From a bacterium (lineage in GTDB: Bacteria; Lernaellota; Lernaellaia; Lernaellales; Lernaellaceae), in assembly GCA_036725605.1 (NCBI GenBank), contig DAIMDW010000026.1, positions 832 through 64,831 on the forward strand: a stretch of DNA of 64,000 nt, given 5' to 3'. The notes beneath the pieces are model-generated. The model saw only the letters and a program-made list of their open reading frames with translations. It did not search any database and was not told the origin of the DNA. The number at the start of each line of letters is the position of its first letter. Within the stretch, counting starts at the first letter, position 1. Shown here one piece after another: positions 37,972 to 47,795 of this stretch. A program made the translations under genes and the position numbers.

Positions 37972-39284
37972 GCAAGCGCATGTTCCGCGGCGGCGTCCAT
38001 CCGCCGGAGCGTAAACTATCGGCCGGCATGGCCATCGAGGTGCTGCCCGCGCCCGACGAAATCGTCCTGCCGCTCTCGATGCACATCGGCGCCCCGGCCA
38101 AGCCGGTGGTGCAGGGCGGCGACGAAGTCAAAATGGGCCAGATGCTCGCCGAGGCCGGCGGGTTCGTCAGCGCGCCGATCCACAGTCCGGTGTCGGGCAA
38201 GGTGCGGCGCATCGAGGACCGCGACCATCCGTTGGGCCGCAAGCTGCCGTGCATCATCATCGACAACGACCACCGCGACGAGGCGGTCGATTTCACGCCC
38301 CCGGGCGACTGGCGCGCGATGGAGCCCAAGGCGATCATCGACGCGATCCACGACGCGGGCATCGTGGGCATGGGCGGCGCGACCTTCCCCACGCACGTCA
38401 AGCTCAGCCCGCCGCCGAAAACGGTCATCGACACGGTGATCGCCAACGGCGTCGAGTGCGAGCCGTACCTGACCAGCGACCACCGCATGATGCTGGAACG
38501 GCCGGAGAAGATCCTCACCGGTCTGCAGATCGTCATGCGCGTGTTCGGTCTGAAAAAAAGCTACCTGGGCATCGAGGTCAACAAGCCCGATGCGATCGAG
38601 CTGATGCGCAAGAAGGCGGCCGACTTTCCGGGCATCGAGGTGCTCGCGCTGCCGGTGCGCTACCCGCAGGGCGCGGAAAAGCAGCTCATTTACGCGGCAA
38701 CCAAACGCGAGATTCCCTCGGGCGGGCTGCCCATGGCGGTCAACTGCCTGGTGCAGAACGTCTCGACCCTCGCGGCGATCCGCGATGCGCTGGTCGAAGG
38801 CAAACCGTTGATCGAGCGCGTGGCGACGATCACCGGCGAGGCGATCAAACAATCCAAGAACCTGCAGGTCCGCTTCGGCACGCCCCTGCGGCACCTGATC
38901 GACGCCGCCGGCGGCTTCAGCGAACCGGCGGCCAAGCTGATCAACGGCGGCCCGATGATGGGCCTGGCGCAATACACGCCGGCGACCCCGGCGATCAAGG
39001 GGACCAGCGGCGTGTTGGCGCTGCCCGCGCGGCTGGTCGAGGTCGTCGAGGCCGGGCCGTGCCTGCGTTGCGGCCTGTGCGTGCGCGGCTGCCCGATGGG
39101 CTTGCTGCCCGCCGAACTGGCCAAGGCCGTGAAGAACGGGCTGGTCGACGAGGCCGAGGCGCTGGGTGTGCTGGATTGCATCGAGTGCGGTTCGTGCGGC
39201 TACGGCTGCCCGGCGCACATCAAGCTCGTGCATTGGCTCCGCCTGGGCAAAGCGCAAGTGATGGCGAAAAGGAGGAAGTCATGA
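37968..39284 (+). CDS. rnfC: Rnf subunit C.
   Basis: MSKRMFRGGVHPPERKLS...IVGMGGATFPTHVKL, C-terminal CLRCGLCVRGCP and CIECGSCGYGCP. Its start overlaps the rnfB stop. Confidence 0.9.
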   Translation: MSKRMFRGGVHPPERKLSAGMAIEVLPAPDEIVLPLSMHIGAPAKPVVQGGDEVKMGQMLAEAGGFVSAPIHSPVSGKVRRIEDRDHPLGRKLPCIIIDNDHRDEAVDFTPPGDWRAMEPKAIIDAIHDAGIVGMGGATFPTHVKLSPPPKTVIDTVIANGVECEPYLTSDHRMMLERPEKILTGLQIVMRVFGLKKSYLGIEVNKPDAIELMRKKAADFPGIEVLALPVRYPQGAEKQLIYAATKREIPSGGLPMAVNCLVQNVSTLAAIRDALVEGKPLIERVATITGEAIKQSKNLQVRFGTPLRHLIDAAGGFSEPAAKLINGGPMMGLAQYTPATPAIKGTSGVLALPARLVEVVEAGPCLRCGLCVRGCPMGLLPAELAKAVKNGLVDEAEALGVLDCIECGSCGYGCPAHIKLVHWLRLGKAQVMAKRRKS

Positions 39285-40303
39285 GCGAACACGACAAGCT
39301 GATCGTCTCCTCCAGCCCGCACCTGCACAGCGCCGATTCCATCCCGCGCGTGATGTGGTCGGTGGTCGGCGCGCTGGTTCCGGCGAGTCTGGTGTCGATC
39401 TACTTCTTCGGCCTGCAGTCGGCGCTGGTGATCGCGCTGTGCGTCGCGGGGTGTCTCGCCGCCGAGGCGCTGTTGGCCAAGATGTTCGGCAAGCCGCTGA
39501 GCCTCAAGGACGGATCGGGCGCGGTGACCGGCCTGCTGCTGGCGCTGAACCTGCCCGCCGGCGCGCCGTGGTGGATGGTGCTCATCGGCTGCCTGGTGGC
39601 CATCGGCCTGGGCAAGATGGTCTACGGCGGTCTGGGACACAATATCTTCAACCCGGCGCTGGTCGCGCGCGTGTTTCTGCTGATCAGCTTCCCGGTGCAG
39701 ATGACCCGCTGGCCGTTGCCCAAGCCGCTGTTCGGCGCGGCGGCGAGCGACGCGGTGACCGGCGCGACGCCCCTGGGGATGGTCAAGGAAGCGGCGATGC
39801 TCGGCAAGCCGATTTCCTCGCTGGATCTGCCGTCCTGGTCGCAGATGGCCGCCGGCCACATGGGCGGCAGCCTGGGCGAAATCAGCGCGATCGCGTTGCT
39901 GCTGGGCGCGTTGTATCTGCTGTACAAAGGCTACATCACCTGGCACACGCCGATCAGCTTCATCGGCACGGCGGTGGTGCTGGGGCACATCTTCCATCTG
40001 GTCAAACCCGAGGCGTACCCGAGCGGGATGTTCCACCTGGTCAGCGGCGGGCTGATGCTCGGCGCGCTGTTCATGGCCACGGACATGGTCACCTCGCCGA
40101 TGACCGGCAAGGGGCAGCTTATCTTCGGCGCCGGCTGCGGGTTGATCACGGTGATCATTCGCCTGTTCGGCGGCTACCCGGAAGGCGTGAGCTTCGCCAT
40201 TTTGTTGATGAACGCGACCGTGCCGCTCATCGACCGGTACACGACGCCCAAGAAGTTCGGCTTCGTACCGCCGGAAAAGAAGACGGGAGGTGAGCCCGCA
40301 TGA
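39281..40303 (+). CDS. rnfD: Rnf subunit D.
   Basis: MSEHDKLIVSSSPHLHS with about 8 TM helices. AGGAGG sits upstream and the start overlaps the rnfC stop. The listed ORF 38249..40303 is an over-extended frame. Confidence 0.9.
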   Translation: MSEHDKLIVSSSPHLHSADSIPRVMWSVVGALVPASLVSIYFFGLQSALVIALCVAGCLAAEALLAKMFGKPLSLKDGSGAVTGLLLALNLPAGAPWWMVLIGCLVAIGLGKMVYGGLGHNIFNPALVARVFLLISFPVQMTRWPLPKPLFGAAASDAVTGATPLGMVKEAAMLGKPISSLDLPSWSQMAAGHMGGSLGEISAIALLLGALYLLYKGYITWHTPISFIGTAVVLGHIFHLVKPEAYPSGMFHLVSGGLMLGALFMATDMVTSPMTGKGQLIFGAGCGLITVIIRLFGGYPEGVSFAILLMNATVPLIDRYTTPKKFGFVPPEKKTGGEPA

Positions 40304-41061
40304 AAGACCTGTTGCGCATGGCGGTGGTGCTCGGGGTGATCTGCGTGGTCGCCGCGCTGGCGCTGTCGCAGGTGTACAAGGTGACCAAGGACCCGATCGC
40401 GCAGGCCAAGGAAGCCGAAGCGAAGGAAGCCGCGGCGGCGGTGCTTTCGGCGGTGGTCGGCGACGGCGTCGAGATGGTCAAGCGCGAGAACGTCGCGGGC
40501 AAGGATGCGGTCTACGTGGCGCAGGCCGGCGACGCGGCCAAGGGCTTCGCCTTCAAGGTCGACACCAACAGCGGCTATTCGGGCAAGATCGTGGGCATGA
40601 TCGGCCTGGACGCCGACGGCAACATCCTGGGCTTCAAGGTCGTCGAGCATTCCGAAACGCCGGGCCTGGGCGCGAACATCGCGGTCAACGAACCGTGGCA
40701 GAAGCAGCTCATCGCCAAAGACGGCCAACCGCGCAATCTGGACAACACCGACTGGCGCGTGAAAAAGGACGGCGGCGAGATCGACGCCCTCACCGGCGCG
40801 ACGATCAGCCCGCGCGCGATCTGCGGCGCGATCAAGGCCGGGCTCGAATGGTTCCGCGACAATCGCGTGGAGCTGACCGGCAACGCGGCGCCCGCCGAGG
40901 CGGTCGAGCCCACGCCCGATCCGAATGCGCCGCTCGTCCCCACGCCGGACGCGACGCTGGAAGAGGGCGGCACCGTCGACAAGAATCTGCCCGCCGCCAA
41001 ACCGCTGCCGACAACGACCAAGACGCCTTTGCCGATCCAGGGCAAGGATCTGACGGAGTAA
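40300..41061 (+). CDS. rnfG: Rnf subunit G, FMN-binding.
   Basis: N-terminal TM then an FMN_bind region (SGYSGKIVGMIGLDADGNILGFKVVEHSETPGLG...TGATIS). Confidence 0.9.
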   Translation: MKDLLRMAVVLGVICVVAALALSQVYKVTKDPIAQAKEAEAKEAAAAVLSAVVGDGVEMVKRENVAGKDAVYVAQAGDAAKGFAFKVDTNSGYSGKIVGMIGLDADGNILGFKVVEHSETPGLGANIAVNEPWQKQLIAKDGQPRNLDNTDWRVKKDGGEIDALTGATISPRAICGAIKAGLEWFRDNRVELTGNAAPAEAVEPTPDPNAPLVPTPDATLEEGGTVDKNLPAAKPLPTTTKTPLPIQGKDLTE

Positions 41062-41064
41062 ACG

Positions 41065-41679
41065 ATGGGCTACGCGGCCGAATTCACCAAAGGGATCATC
41101 AAGGAAAACCCGGTGTTCAAGCTGGTGCTGGGCATGTGCCCGACGCTGGCGGTGACCACCTCGGCGGAAAACGGCATCGGCATGGGCCTGGCGGCCATGT
41201 TCGTGCTGGTGTGCTCGAACGCCATCGTCTCGCTGATCCGCAACATCGTGCCGGGCAAGGTGCGCATTCCGGTGTTCATCGTGGTCATCGCCTCGTTCGT
41301 GACCATCGTCGACCTGACGATGAACGCGTTTTTCCACCCGCTGCACAAGGCGCTGGGCCTGTTCATTCCGCTGATCGTGGTCAACTGCATCATCCTGGGC
41401 CGCGCCGAAGCCTTCGCCAACCGCAATCCCGTGCTCGCCTCGATCGTCGACGGTCTGGGCATGGGCATCGGCTTCACGCTGGCGCTGTTCATCCTCGGTT
41501 CGGTCCGCGAGCTGCTGGGCAACGGGACGATCCTGGGCGTGAACATCCTGGGCGCGGCGCTCTCGGCGGCCGGCATGACCTTCTCCCCGGTGATCGTGAT
41601 GATCCTCCCCCCGGGCGCGTTCATCGCCCTCGGGCTGATCCTGGGCGTGATCAACCGGATGCGCCGGGCGGAAGCGTAA
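41065..41679 (+). CDS. rnfE: Rnf subunit E.
   Basis: NPVFKLVLGMCPTLAVTTSAENGIGMGLAAMFVLV is canonical RnfE/NqrD-like. Confidence 0.9.
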   Translation: MGYAAEFTKGIIKENPVFKLVLGMCPTLAVTTSAENGIGMGLAAMFVLVCSNAIVSLIRNIVPGKVRIPVFIVVIASFVTIVDLTMNAFFHPLHKALGLFIPLIVVNCIILGRAEAFANRNPVLASIVDGLGMGIGFTLALFILGSVRELLGNGTILGVNILGAALSAAGMTFSPVIVMILPPGAFIALGLILGVINRMRRAEA

Positions 41680-41763
41680 GCCACACTTTTATCGCTTCGA
41701 CAACTCCTCTCACATGACGCCTCCCACGCGACAAGCGCGGCGAATTCGGGTATAACTGCGCGC

Positions 41764-42294
41764 ATGGAAAAAAGCAAAAAAGGAAGAAAACCGATGCTGG
41801 TACCGACGCTCATCATGGCCGGGCTGGCGCTGATTCTGCTCGGCGTGGGCTACGCCAACGGGCAGGGGCAGCACATCGCCGGCCTGAAAAACGGCGCGAA
41901 AATGACGCTCGAAGTGCTGCCGTTGCTGGTCTTCGCCTTCGTGCTGGCGGGGATGGTGCAGGTGCTGATTCCGCAGGAATTGATCGCCAAATGGGTCGGC
42001 GCGGAATCAGGCTGGCGCGGCATCGTTCTGGGCACGGTCGCGGGTGGACTTTCGCCGGGCGGGCCTTACGTTTCGTTGCCGATCGCCGCGGGCTTTTTGC
42101 GCGCCGGCGCGGGCGTGGGCACGATGGTCGCCTATCTGACCGGCTGGTCGCTGTGGGCCGTCGCGCGCATCCCGATGGACGTGGGCGTGCTGGGCTGGAA
42201 ATTCGCGGGCATCCGCATCGCCTGCACGTTCTTCTTCCCGCCGATCGCGGGCCTGCTGGCGAACCTGCTGTTCAGAAACGTTTCGCTGGTGTGA
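41764..42294 (+). CDS. Small integral membrane protein of the putative permease family.
   Basis: Five hydrophobic helices and a Gly-rich pattern (GGLSPGGPYVSLPIAAGFLRAGAGVG). The start is more likely the second ATG at 41794, which is preceded by AGGAAG. Confidence 0.55.
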   Translation: MEKSKKGRKPMLVPTLIMAGLALILLGVGYANGQGQHIAGLKNGAKMTLEVLPLLVFAFVLAGMVQVLIPQELIAKWVGAESGWRGIVLGTVAGGLSPGGPYVSLPIAAGFLRAGAGVGTMVAYLTGWSLWAVARIPMDVGVLGWKFAGIRIACTFFFPPIAGLLANLLFRNVSLV

Positions 42295-42301
42295 GGCGAC
42301 G

Positions 42302-42907
42302 ATGACCGAAGATAAAAAAATGAACCCCGCGCGGGCGCATCGTCTGGACGATCCGGCGCGCAAGAAGGAACTTCCGCCGGCGGCGATTGTCGAACTGGTG
42401 CAACCGTTCGCGGGGATGGCCTTCGCCGATCTGGGCGCGGGCACCGGCTATTGCACGTTGGCGGTGGCCGAGGCGTTGGGCGGCGCGGGGCGCATTTACG
42501 CGCTGGATGCGCAGGAGGAAGTGCTGGCGTTGTTGCGCGGCAAACTGGCGACGCATCCGCACGGGGCGACGATCGAGCCGATCCTCACGCCCGACGATGC
42601 GTTGACCCTGCCCGCCGCGACGGTCGACGCGCTGCTGTGCTGCAACGCGTATCACGAGTTGCCCGACCCGGAGCGCTACGTGCACGAGTTGTGGCGGGTG
42701 CTCAAACCGGGCGGACGGCTGGTGCTCATCGACTGGCAGCCGCTGCCGCCGGGCGCCGAACGCCTCAAGGGTCCGCCGGCGCATCACCGGGTGGCGGTGG
42801 ATACGGCGGCGGCGCAATTGCGCGCGGCCGGTTTCATCGAGATCGAACGGCACGACATCTTCGCGCTGCACTGGGCGCTGACGGCGAAAAAAGCGGCCGC
42901 CTCTTGA
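42302..42907 (+). CDS. Class I SAM-dependent methyltransferase.
   Basis: Motif I FADLGAGTGYCTLAVA and motif post-I RIYALD. The region around LKPGGRLVLID is typical. Confidence 0.8.
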   Translation: MTEDKKMNPARAHRLDDPARKKELPPAAIVELVQPFAGMAFADLGAGTGYCTLAVAEALGGAGRIYALDAQEEVLALLRGKLATHPHGATIEPILTPDDALTLPAATVDALLCCNAYHELPDPERYVHELWRVLKPGGRLVLIDWQPLPPGAERLKGPPAHHRVAVDTAAAQLRAAGFIEIERHDIFALHWALTAKKAAAS

Positions 42908-42943
42908 GCGTGCCGACGCGGGGAGTATGATAGTCACGCAACA

Positions 42944-43897
42944 ATGGGAAGGATCGCGATGCGCACGACGATTTTGCTGACGGCCTTGCTGCTGGCGCTG
43001 ACCGGCGCCGCGTGGGCGGCCGACACGGCCGGCACGGTGATCGTGCAAAACGGCGCCGCGACCATCGATCGTCCGGGCCAAAGCGAAGCGCTGCCGGTCA
43101 TTCACGGCGCGGACGTGCAGGCCGGCGACACGCTGACCACCACGGCGGACGGCAGCGCGAAGGTGCTGCTGGTCGGCGAATTGGTGATATACATCGGCGC
43201 CCAAACGAGCGTCACCTTCGAGACGGCGAGCTTCGATCCGCGTCTGCACTACCACCGCGGGCAATTCCGCCTCAACGAGGGCATCGTGCGTTTGATGGCC
43301 CGCCACGAACCGAAAACGACCAACGAGGTCGGCCTGAAAACGCCGCAGGCCGCGATCCACGTGCCCGGCGGGTATTTCATCGCCGAGCATCGGGGCGATA
43401 AAACCACGGTGGTCACCCTCGCCGGGCAGATCAACGTGCGCGCCGAACGCGATAAGAACGCGATGCAGATGTGGGTCAAACCCGATCAGATCGTCACCGT
43501 CGTCGCCGGACAAACGCCGAGCGTGCCCGAGACGGTCGACGAACAAACCCTCGCCCGGCTGCTGACCGACAGCGAAGTGCCCAGCGCCTACGCCGCCGAA
43601 ACACGGTTGGGCAAGCGCGGACAGATCGTCGATCACGCCCTGGGCATCAGCCCGGTGCGCGGACTGCTCGACGACCAAGGCATGGCCGTGGCGATGGAAG
43701 GCGAGATGGGCACGGAGTTCGACGCCTTCCGCGTGGATTTCTCCGACGATCCGTTCCGCGAAGAGGACCTGCCCGGCCGCCTGCGCAACAAAGATCCGGA
43801 CACCATCTATCCGCCCGGCGTGTCCGACGAGTGGCCGGTGTACGAAATGCGCATGCCCCAAACCATCAGGCCGCGCCGCTTGCCGGCCAGGAAGTAG
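42944..43897 (+). CDS. Secreted FecR-domain protein.
   Basis: Signal peptide MRTTILLTALLLALTGAAWA, with the start probably at 42959. FecR-like beta-rich region (GTVIVQNGAATIDRPG...GDTLTT...VLLVGE). Confidence 0.65.
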   Translation: MGRIAMRTTILLTALLLALTGAAWAADTAGTVIVQNGAATIDRPGQSEALPVIHGADVQAGDTLTTTADGSAKVLLVGELVIYIGAQTSVTFETASFDPRLHYHRGQFRLNEGIVRLMARHEPKTTNEVGLKTPQAAIHVPGGYFIAEHRGDKTTVVTLAGQINVRAERDKNAMQMWVKPDQIVTVVAGQTPSVPETVDEQTLARLLTDSEVPSAYAAETRLGKRGQIVDHALGISPVRGLLDDQGMAVAMEGEMGTEFDAFRVDFSDDPFREEDLPGRLRNKDPDTIYPPGVSDEWPVYEMRMPQTIRPRRLPARK

Positions 43898-43903
43898 GCG
43901 GCG

Positions 43904-44176
43904 ATGCATTCGCGCGCGTTGTTGTGTCTGCTGCTTGCCGCCGCGTTGCTGCTGCCGGCCTGCGGGCTCAAGGGCAAGTTGATCCCCCGCGACAAGCTGG
44001 AGAACGAAGAGACCGGCATGCCCGACGAACTGCGTCTGTATCCGCCCAAGCAAACGCCGGCCGACGCCCTGGGCGTGGGCGACGCCATGCAGGGGCTGGA
44101 CGACATCAATTCCATTCGCGAGCGCGAGTTGACCCCCACGCCGCCGCCGGCCGACGAAAGCGAGGACGAATCGTGA
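43904..44176 (+). CDS. Small lipoprotein, YifL/LppL-like, immediately upstream of dapF.
   Basis: Lipobox LLLPAC|G, 90 aa, acidic tail. It has the conserved synteny of a small lipoprotein preceding dapF. Confidence 0.55.
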   Translation: MHSRALLCLLLAAALLLPACGLKGKLIPRDKLENEETGMPDELRLYPPKQTPADALGVGDAMQGLDDINSIRERELTPTPPPADESEDES

Positions 44177-45012
44177 GCGAGCGCGCCATTCCCTTCGTCA
44201 AAATGAGCGGCAGCGGCAACGACTTCATCATGGTCGACAACCGCGCCGGAATTTTGGACCCCGACAACCTCGGTGACTGGATCCGCGCCGTGTGCCGGCG
44301 TCGCGTCGCCGTGGGCGCCGACGGCGTGATTTTGCTGCAGGACGATCCGCTGCGCGAAGTCGATTTCGCCTGGCGCTTTTTCAACAACGACGGCGGCGAA
44401 GCCGAAATGTGCGGCAACGGCGGACGCTGCGCGGTGCGTTGGGCGCACGACCTGGGCCTGGCCGGCGCGCAAACGGCCTTCCGCACGCAGGCGGGCGTCA
44501 TTCGCGGCTGGGTGCTGGGCGGGCGCGAGGTGCGCGTGCAACTGACCGAAGCGCACGATTATCGTCCGGCGGTGACGCTCGCGTTGCCGACCGGCTCACT
44601 CGTCGCGGCTTTCCTGAACACCGGCGTACCGCACGCGGTGCTGACCGTGGACGACGCGCAGGTCGTCGACGTCGAGGCGCTGGGGCGCGCCATTCGCCGG
44701 CACGAGGCTTTCGCGCCGCAGGGAACCAACGTCAATTTCGTGCAGGTGACCGGCGAACACGACGTGCTCATTCGCACCTACGAGCGCGGCGTCGAGGGCG
44801 AAACGCTCGCCTGCGGCACCGGTTGCGCGGCGGCGGCGGCGACGCTGGCGCTGGCCGGCAAGGTGCAAAAGCCGGTGCGTCTGACCACCCGCTCAGGCGA
44901 GGTGCTCACCGTCGATTATCAACCGGGGGGCGAGGTCGTTACCGGCCTGACGCTGCAGGGGCCGGTGCGTTACGTGGCGCGCGGCGAAATTCCGCCCGAG
45001 GCGTGGGAGTAG
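44173..45012 (+). CDS. dapF: Diaminopimelate epimerase.
   Basis: FVKMSGSGNDFIMVDN, the first catalytic Cys in EAEMCGNGGRC and the second in TLACGTGCAAAA. Taken with a GTG start that overlaps the lipoprotein stop. Confidence 0.9.
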   Translation: MSERAIPFVKMSGSGNDFIMVDNRAGILDPDNLGDWIRAVCRRRVAVGADGVILLQDDPLREVDFAWRFFNNDGGEAEMCGNGGRCAVRWAHDLGLAGAQTAFRTQAGVIRGWVLGGREVRVQLTEAHDYRPAVTLALPTGSLVAAFLNTGVPHAVLTVDDAQVVDVEALGRAIRRHEAFAPQGTNVNFVQVTGEHDVLIRTYERGVEGETLACGTGCAAAAATLALAGKVQKPVRLTTRSGEVLTVDYQPGGEVVTGLTLQGPVRYVARGEIPPEAWE

Positions 45013-45013
45013 T

Positions 45014-46678
45014 TTAGCCCGGTTCGTCGCCGGTCACGCGGCGATACAGATACACCGGCTCGGTGTCTTCCGGATACGCGTAGCTGTCGATCAACTCGAA
45101 TTTATCCTTCACCGAATAAAACACGGAGATCGCCCGCCGCACCAACTCCTCTTCGGTGTTGAGCGCATAGACGACGATCTTGTGGTCGCGCTCGTAGCCG
45201 GTTTTGAACACGATGTAATCGGCGCTGAGCATGGACTCGCGCAGGCCCGCTTCCGAGCGCCAGGCTTCGTCGGTGGTCTGGCCGACCGAAATGCGCTCGA
45301 TGAGGTTGAGCACGTCGACCTTGGGATTTTGCATGATGATCCGGCTTTTGATGACCGCGGCGTACGGCGTGTCGAACAAAAGCAGCACGCGCTTGTTGGG
45401 CCATTGCTTGTCGATCATCCGGTTGATCATCGGGTCGACGCTCCAGCCCAGACGCCGCGGCCGCGCGATGCCCTCCAGTTGCAACCGGCGGTGAAAATCG
45501 GCGAAGGAAAAGGCCGTGCGATCGACGCGCAGATGGTCGTAGGCCATGAAGCCGACCGCCATGACCACGATCAGCGCGCCGGCGACGAGCTTGACCTTGC
45601 GTTGTCGATAGGCGACCTGAAACTGCACCAACGCCCAGGCGATCAGCAAGGCCGCGGCCGGCAGCACCGGCAGCAGGTAGCGCGTGGTGGCGTAGCCGAA
45701 CAACGCGGGCATGAAGATCAGCGGCGCGAGAAACCACAGGGTGAGAAAACGATACCGCGTGTCGCCCTTGGGCAGCACCGCCAGCGCCGCGACGACCAGC
45801 ACGGCCAGCACCGGACCCAGGCCGTATCGCATGACGAGACGGAAAAAGTCGAGGCTGCCCACCTCCACCTTCTGCGCGGTGAAGGAGAGAATCGCCATGC
45901 GGCTTTCCAGCGACTCCAACAGGTGCGGCAGGTAGAAGACGACACCCACGACCGTAACGATCACTGCCGCCATCAATCCGTTGAGCAAGCGCTGACGACG
46001 CTTGGCGGGACCTTCCTTGAGCAGCCCGCGCACGAACACGTACGTCAGCGGCAAGATCACATAGAACGGAAACGACTGCTTGACCATCAACCCCAGGCCG
46101 CAGCCGAGGCCGAAGAGAATCGACCAGCGCCGCACGGCCAGGCCGCCGCTGTAGAGCATCGCCAGCATCACGGCGGCGACGATGAGCGCAAGCGGAATGT
46201 CGAGCATCTCCATCCGGCTGAAGCGATAGATGCCCGGCGTCACGGCCAGCAGCAACGCGGCCAGCAAGCCGACCCGCTCGTCGACCAGAAAACGTCCGAG
46301 CCAGAAAACGACCAGCAACAAGAGGGTCGACAGCGCCGCGACGGTCACCGCGCCGGCACGCACGCGATCGCCGGCGACCAGGCGCACCGGCAGGGTGATG
46401 AAATGGAACACCAGCGGGTAGTCGATGTCGATCGTGTATTGCAGCGAGCGGTCGAGCGCTTCGCGATCGCCGAGCAGACCGTAGGTCAACAGCTTGCCGC
46501 GCACCTCCATGTTGAGGGTGTCGTAGATGTCGGGCACTTCATCATGGGCAATGACGAGCACATTGATGAAAAACGAGGCGAGCAATATCCCCGCCAACAA
46601 AGGCCAGATCCAGCGATGGGAGTTGGTTTCCTGCATGGGTTTCGTCGGTGCTTGCCGCCGGCGCCGCTCCGTCGTCAC
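45014..46678 (-). CDS. GT-C fold glycosyltransferase, ArnT/PMT-like family (GT39/GT83).
   Basis: About 12 TM helices. A DE motif sits in the first periplasmic loop (AHDEVPDIYD). It has a large C-terminal soluble domain. Confidence 0.7.
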   Translation of the reverse strand: MTTERRRRQAPTKPMQETNSHRWIWPLLAGILLASFFINVLVIAHDEVPDIYDTLNMEVRGKLLTYGLLGDREALDRSLQYTIDIDYPLVFHFITLPVRLVAGDRVRAGAVTVAALSTLLLLVVFWLGRFLVDERVGLLAALLLAVTPGIYRFSRMEMLDIPLALIVAAVMLAMLYSGGLAVRRWSILFGLGCGLGLMVKQSFPFYVILPLTYVFVRGLLKEGPAKRRQRLLNGLMAAVIVTVVGVVFYLPHLLESLESRMAILSFTAQKVEVGSLDFFRLVMRYGLGPVLAVLVVAALAVLPKGDTRYRFLTLWFLAPLIFMPALFGYATTRYLLPVLPAAALLIAWALVQFQVAYRQRKVKLVAGALIVVMAVGFMAYDHLRVDRTAFSFADFHRRLQLEGIARPRRLGWSVDPMINRMIDKQWPNKRVLLLFDTPYAAVIKSRIIMQNPKVDVLNLIERISVGQTTDEAWRSEAGLRESMLSADYIVFKTGYERDHKIVVYALNTEEELVRRAISVFYSVKDKFELIDSYAYPEDTEPVYLYRRVTGDEPG

Positions 46679-46710
46679 GGCCGGGAGCGGCCGGAAAAGA
46701 ATGGACCGGG

Positions 46711-47112
46711 TCAGCCGAGGACGGCTACCGCTTCGATTTCAAGTTTGCATCCCACCGGTCCGGGCAGCGCGGCCACCTGAATGGCGCTGCGGGCCGGATA
46801 CGGCAGGGCTTCGTCGTCGTCGAAAAATTCCTTATAGACTTCGTTGACCTCGCCAAAGTCCTTGATGTTCAGAAGAAATACAGTGACTTTGACCACATTG
46901 CGCAACGAGGCGCCGGCGGCTTCGAGCACGTTGGCGACGTTGCTCAAGGCCACCTGGGCCTGGTCTTTCACTTCCTCGGGCACCTTTTTGGATTCCGGAT
47001 CGATAGGCAATTGACCGGAGGTGAACACCATATCGCCGGCCTTGATCCCTTGCGAATACGGTCCGATTGCACTGGGAGCTTTGGTTGTGGAAATCGCTTC
47101 TTTAGGCGGCAT
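46711..47112 (-). CDS. ridA: RidA/YjgF-family reactive-intermediate deaminase.
   Basis: APSAIGPYSQGIKAGDMVFTSGQLPIDP...VKVTVFL...PARSAIQVAALP. The start is at MPPKEA, preceded by GGAGGG. The listed ORF extends 46 codons further upstream. Confidence 0.9.
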   Translation of the reverse strand: MPPKEAISTTKAPSAIGPYSQGIKAGDMVFTSGQLPIDPESKKVPEEVKDQAQVALSNVANVLEAAGASLRNVVKVTVFLLNIKDFGEVNEVYKEFFDDDEALPYPARSAIQVAALPGPVGCKLEIEAVAVLG

Positions 47113-47347
47113 GACACCCTCCATTCCAGTAATCCATCTTCGGGGATCGAATAAATAATACCGGAAATAATAGGAAACGCAAGCAAAACCGGTCCTTAAA
47201 GGGAATCGTTCCGCAAGGACAAAACAGGTCGAAATGGTCGAGGAACGCAATTGAGATCAGGATGCCGTTCCCGAAATAAATCGTTCGGAATAAGGAGTAT
47301 TTACTATTTTTTTCTACGTTACCTTTGGTCAAAAGAGCATTTTTTTC

Positions 47348-47377
47348 TTGACTTTGCATATTTTTTTGCGATAGAAA
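47348..47377 (+). promoter_or_regulatory. Candidate sigma-70 promoter with an about-420-nt leader upstream of the porin gene.
   Basis: TTGACT, 18 nt, TAGAAA. The long AT-rich untranslated region runs to 47795. Confidence 0.3.
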
Positions 47378-47795
47378 AGCTAATATAAATAAGTGGTTAG
47401 ATATGCCTGCTCATAGATTGCACGATCTTTGGCAGCCTAAGTTAGCGAAAAACATGGTGTTTTTCTCGTGTTAGCGTTCCACTAGCAAAGTGTTAGTAAT
47501 CCCTTGACTTCCGGGTTCAGGGGCGCTATAGGATGCAGTAGCTTTTTACCATCGAGGGAAAATACCATCCGTGCAGGGGCGATAGCTCTATGCGACGGAT
47601 ATTTCTAAACTGTCGGCTCTTTGAAAAAACAAATCGAAAGGAGGCTTTCGAGCAGAACGTTTTCTGAAGAAGTCGCAATACTCCTTCATGAAAAATCATC
47701 TGAGAGTCGAACAGGTTGGAAGGAGAACCGCTTTACCGGGTTTGTAAACAAACAAACGAAGATCAGAAATCAGATAACATTAAGGAGGATTTCAC

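Noticed and set aside
38249-40303. 684-aa ORF spanning rnfC and rnfD as one protein.
   Set aside because: The first two thirds are the +1-frame shadow of rnfC. The RnfD homology and an AGGAGG RBS begin at MSEHDK (39281).
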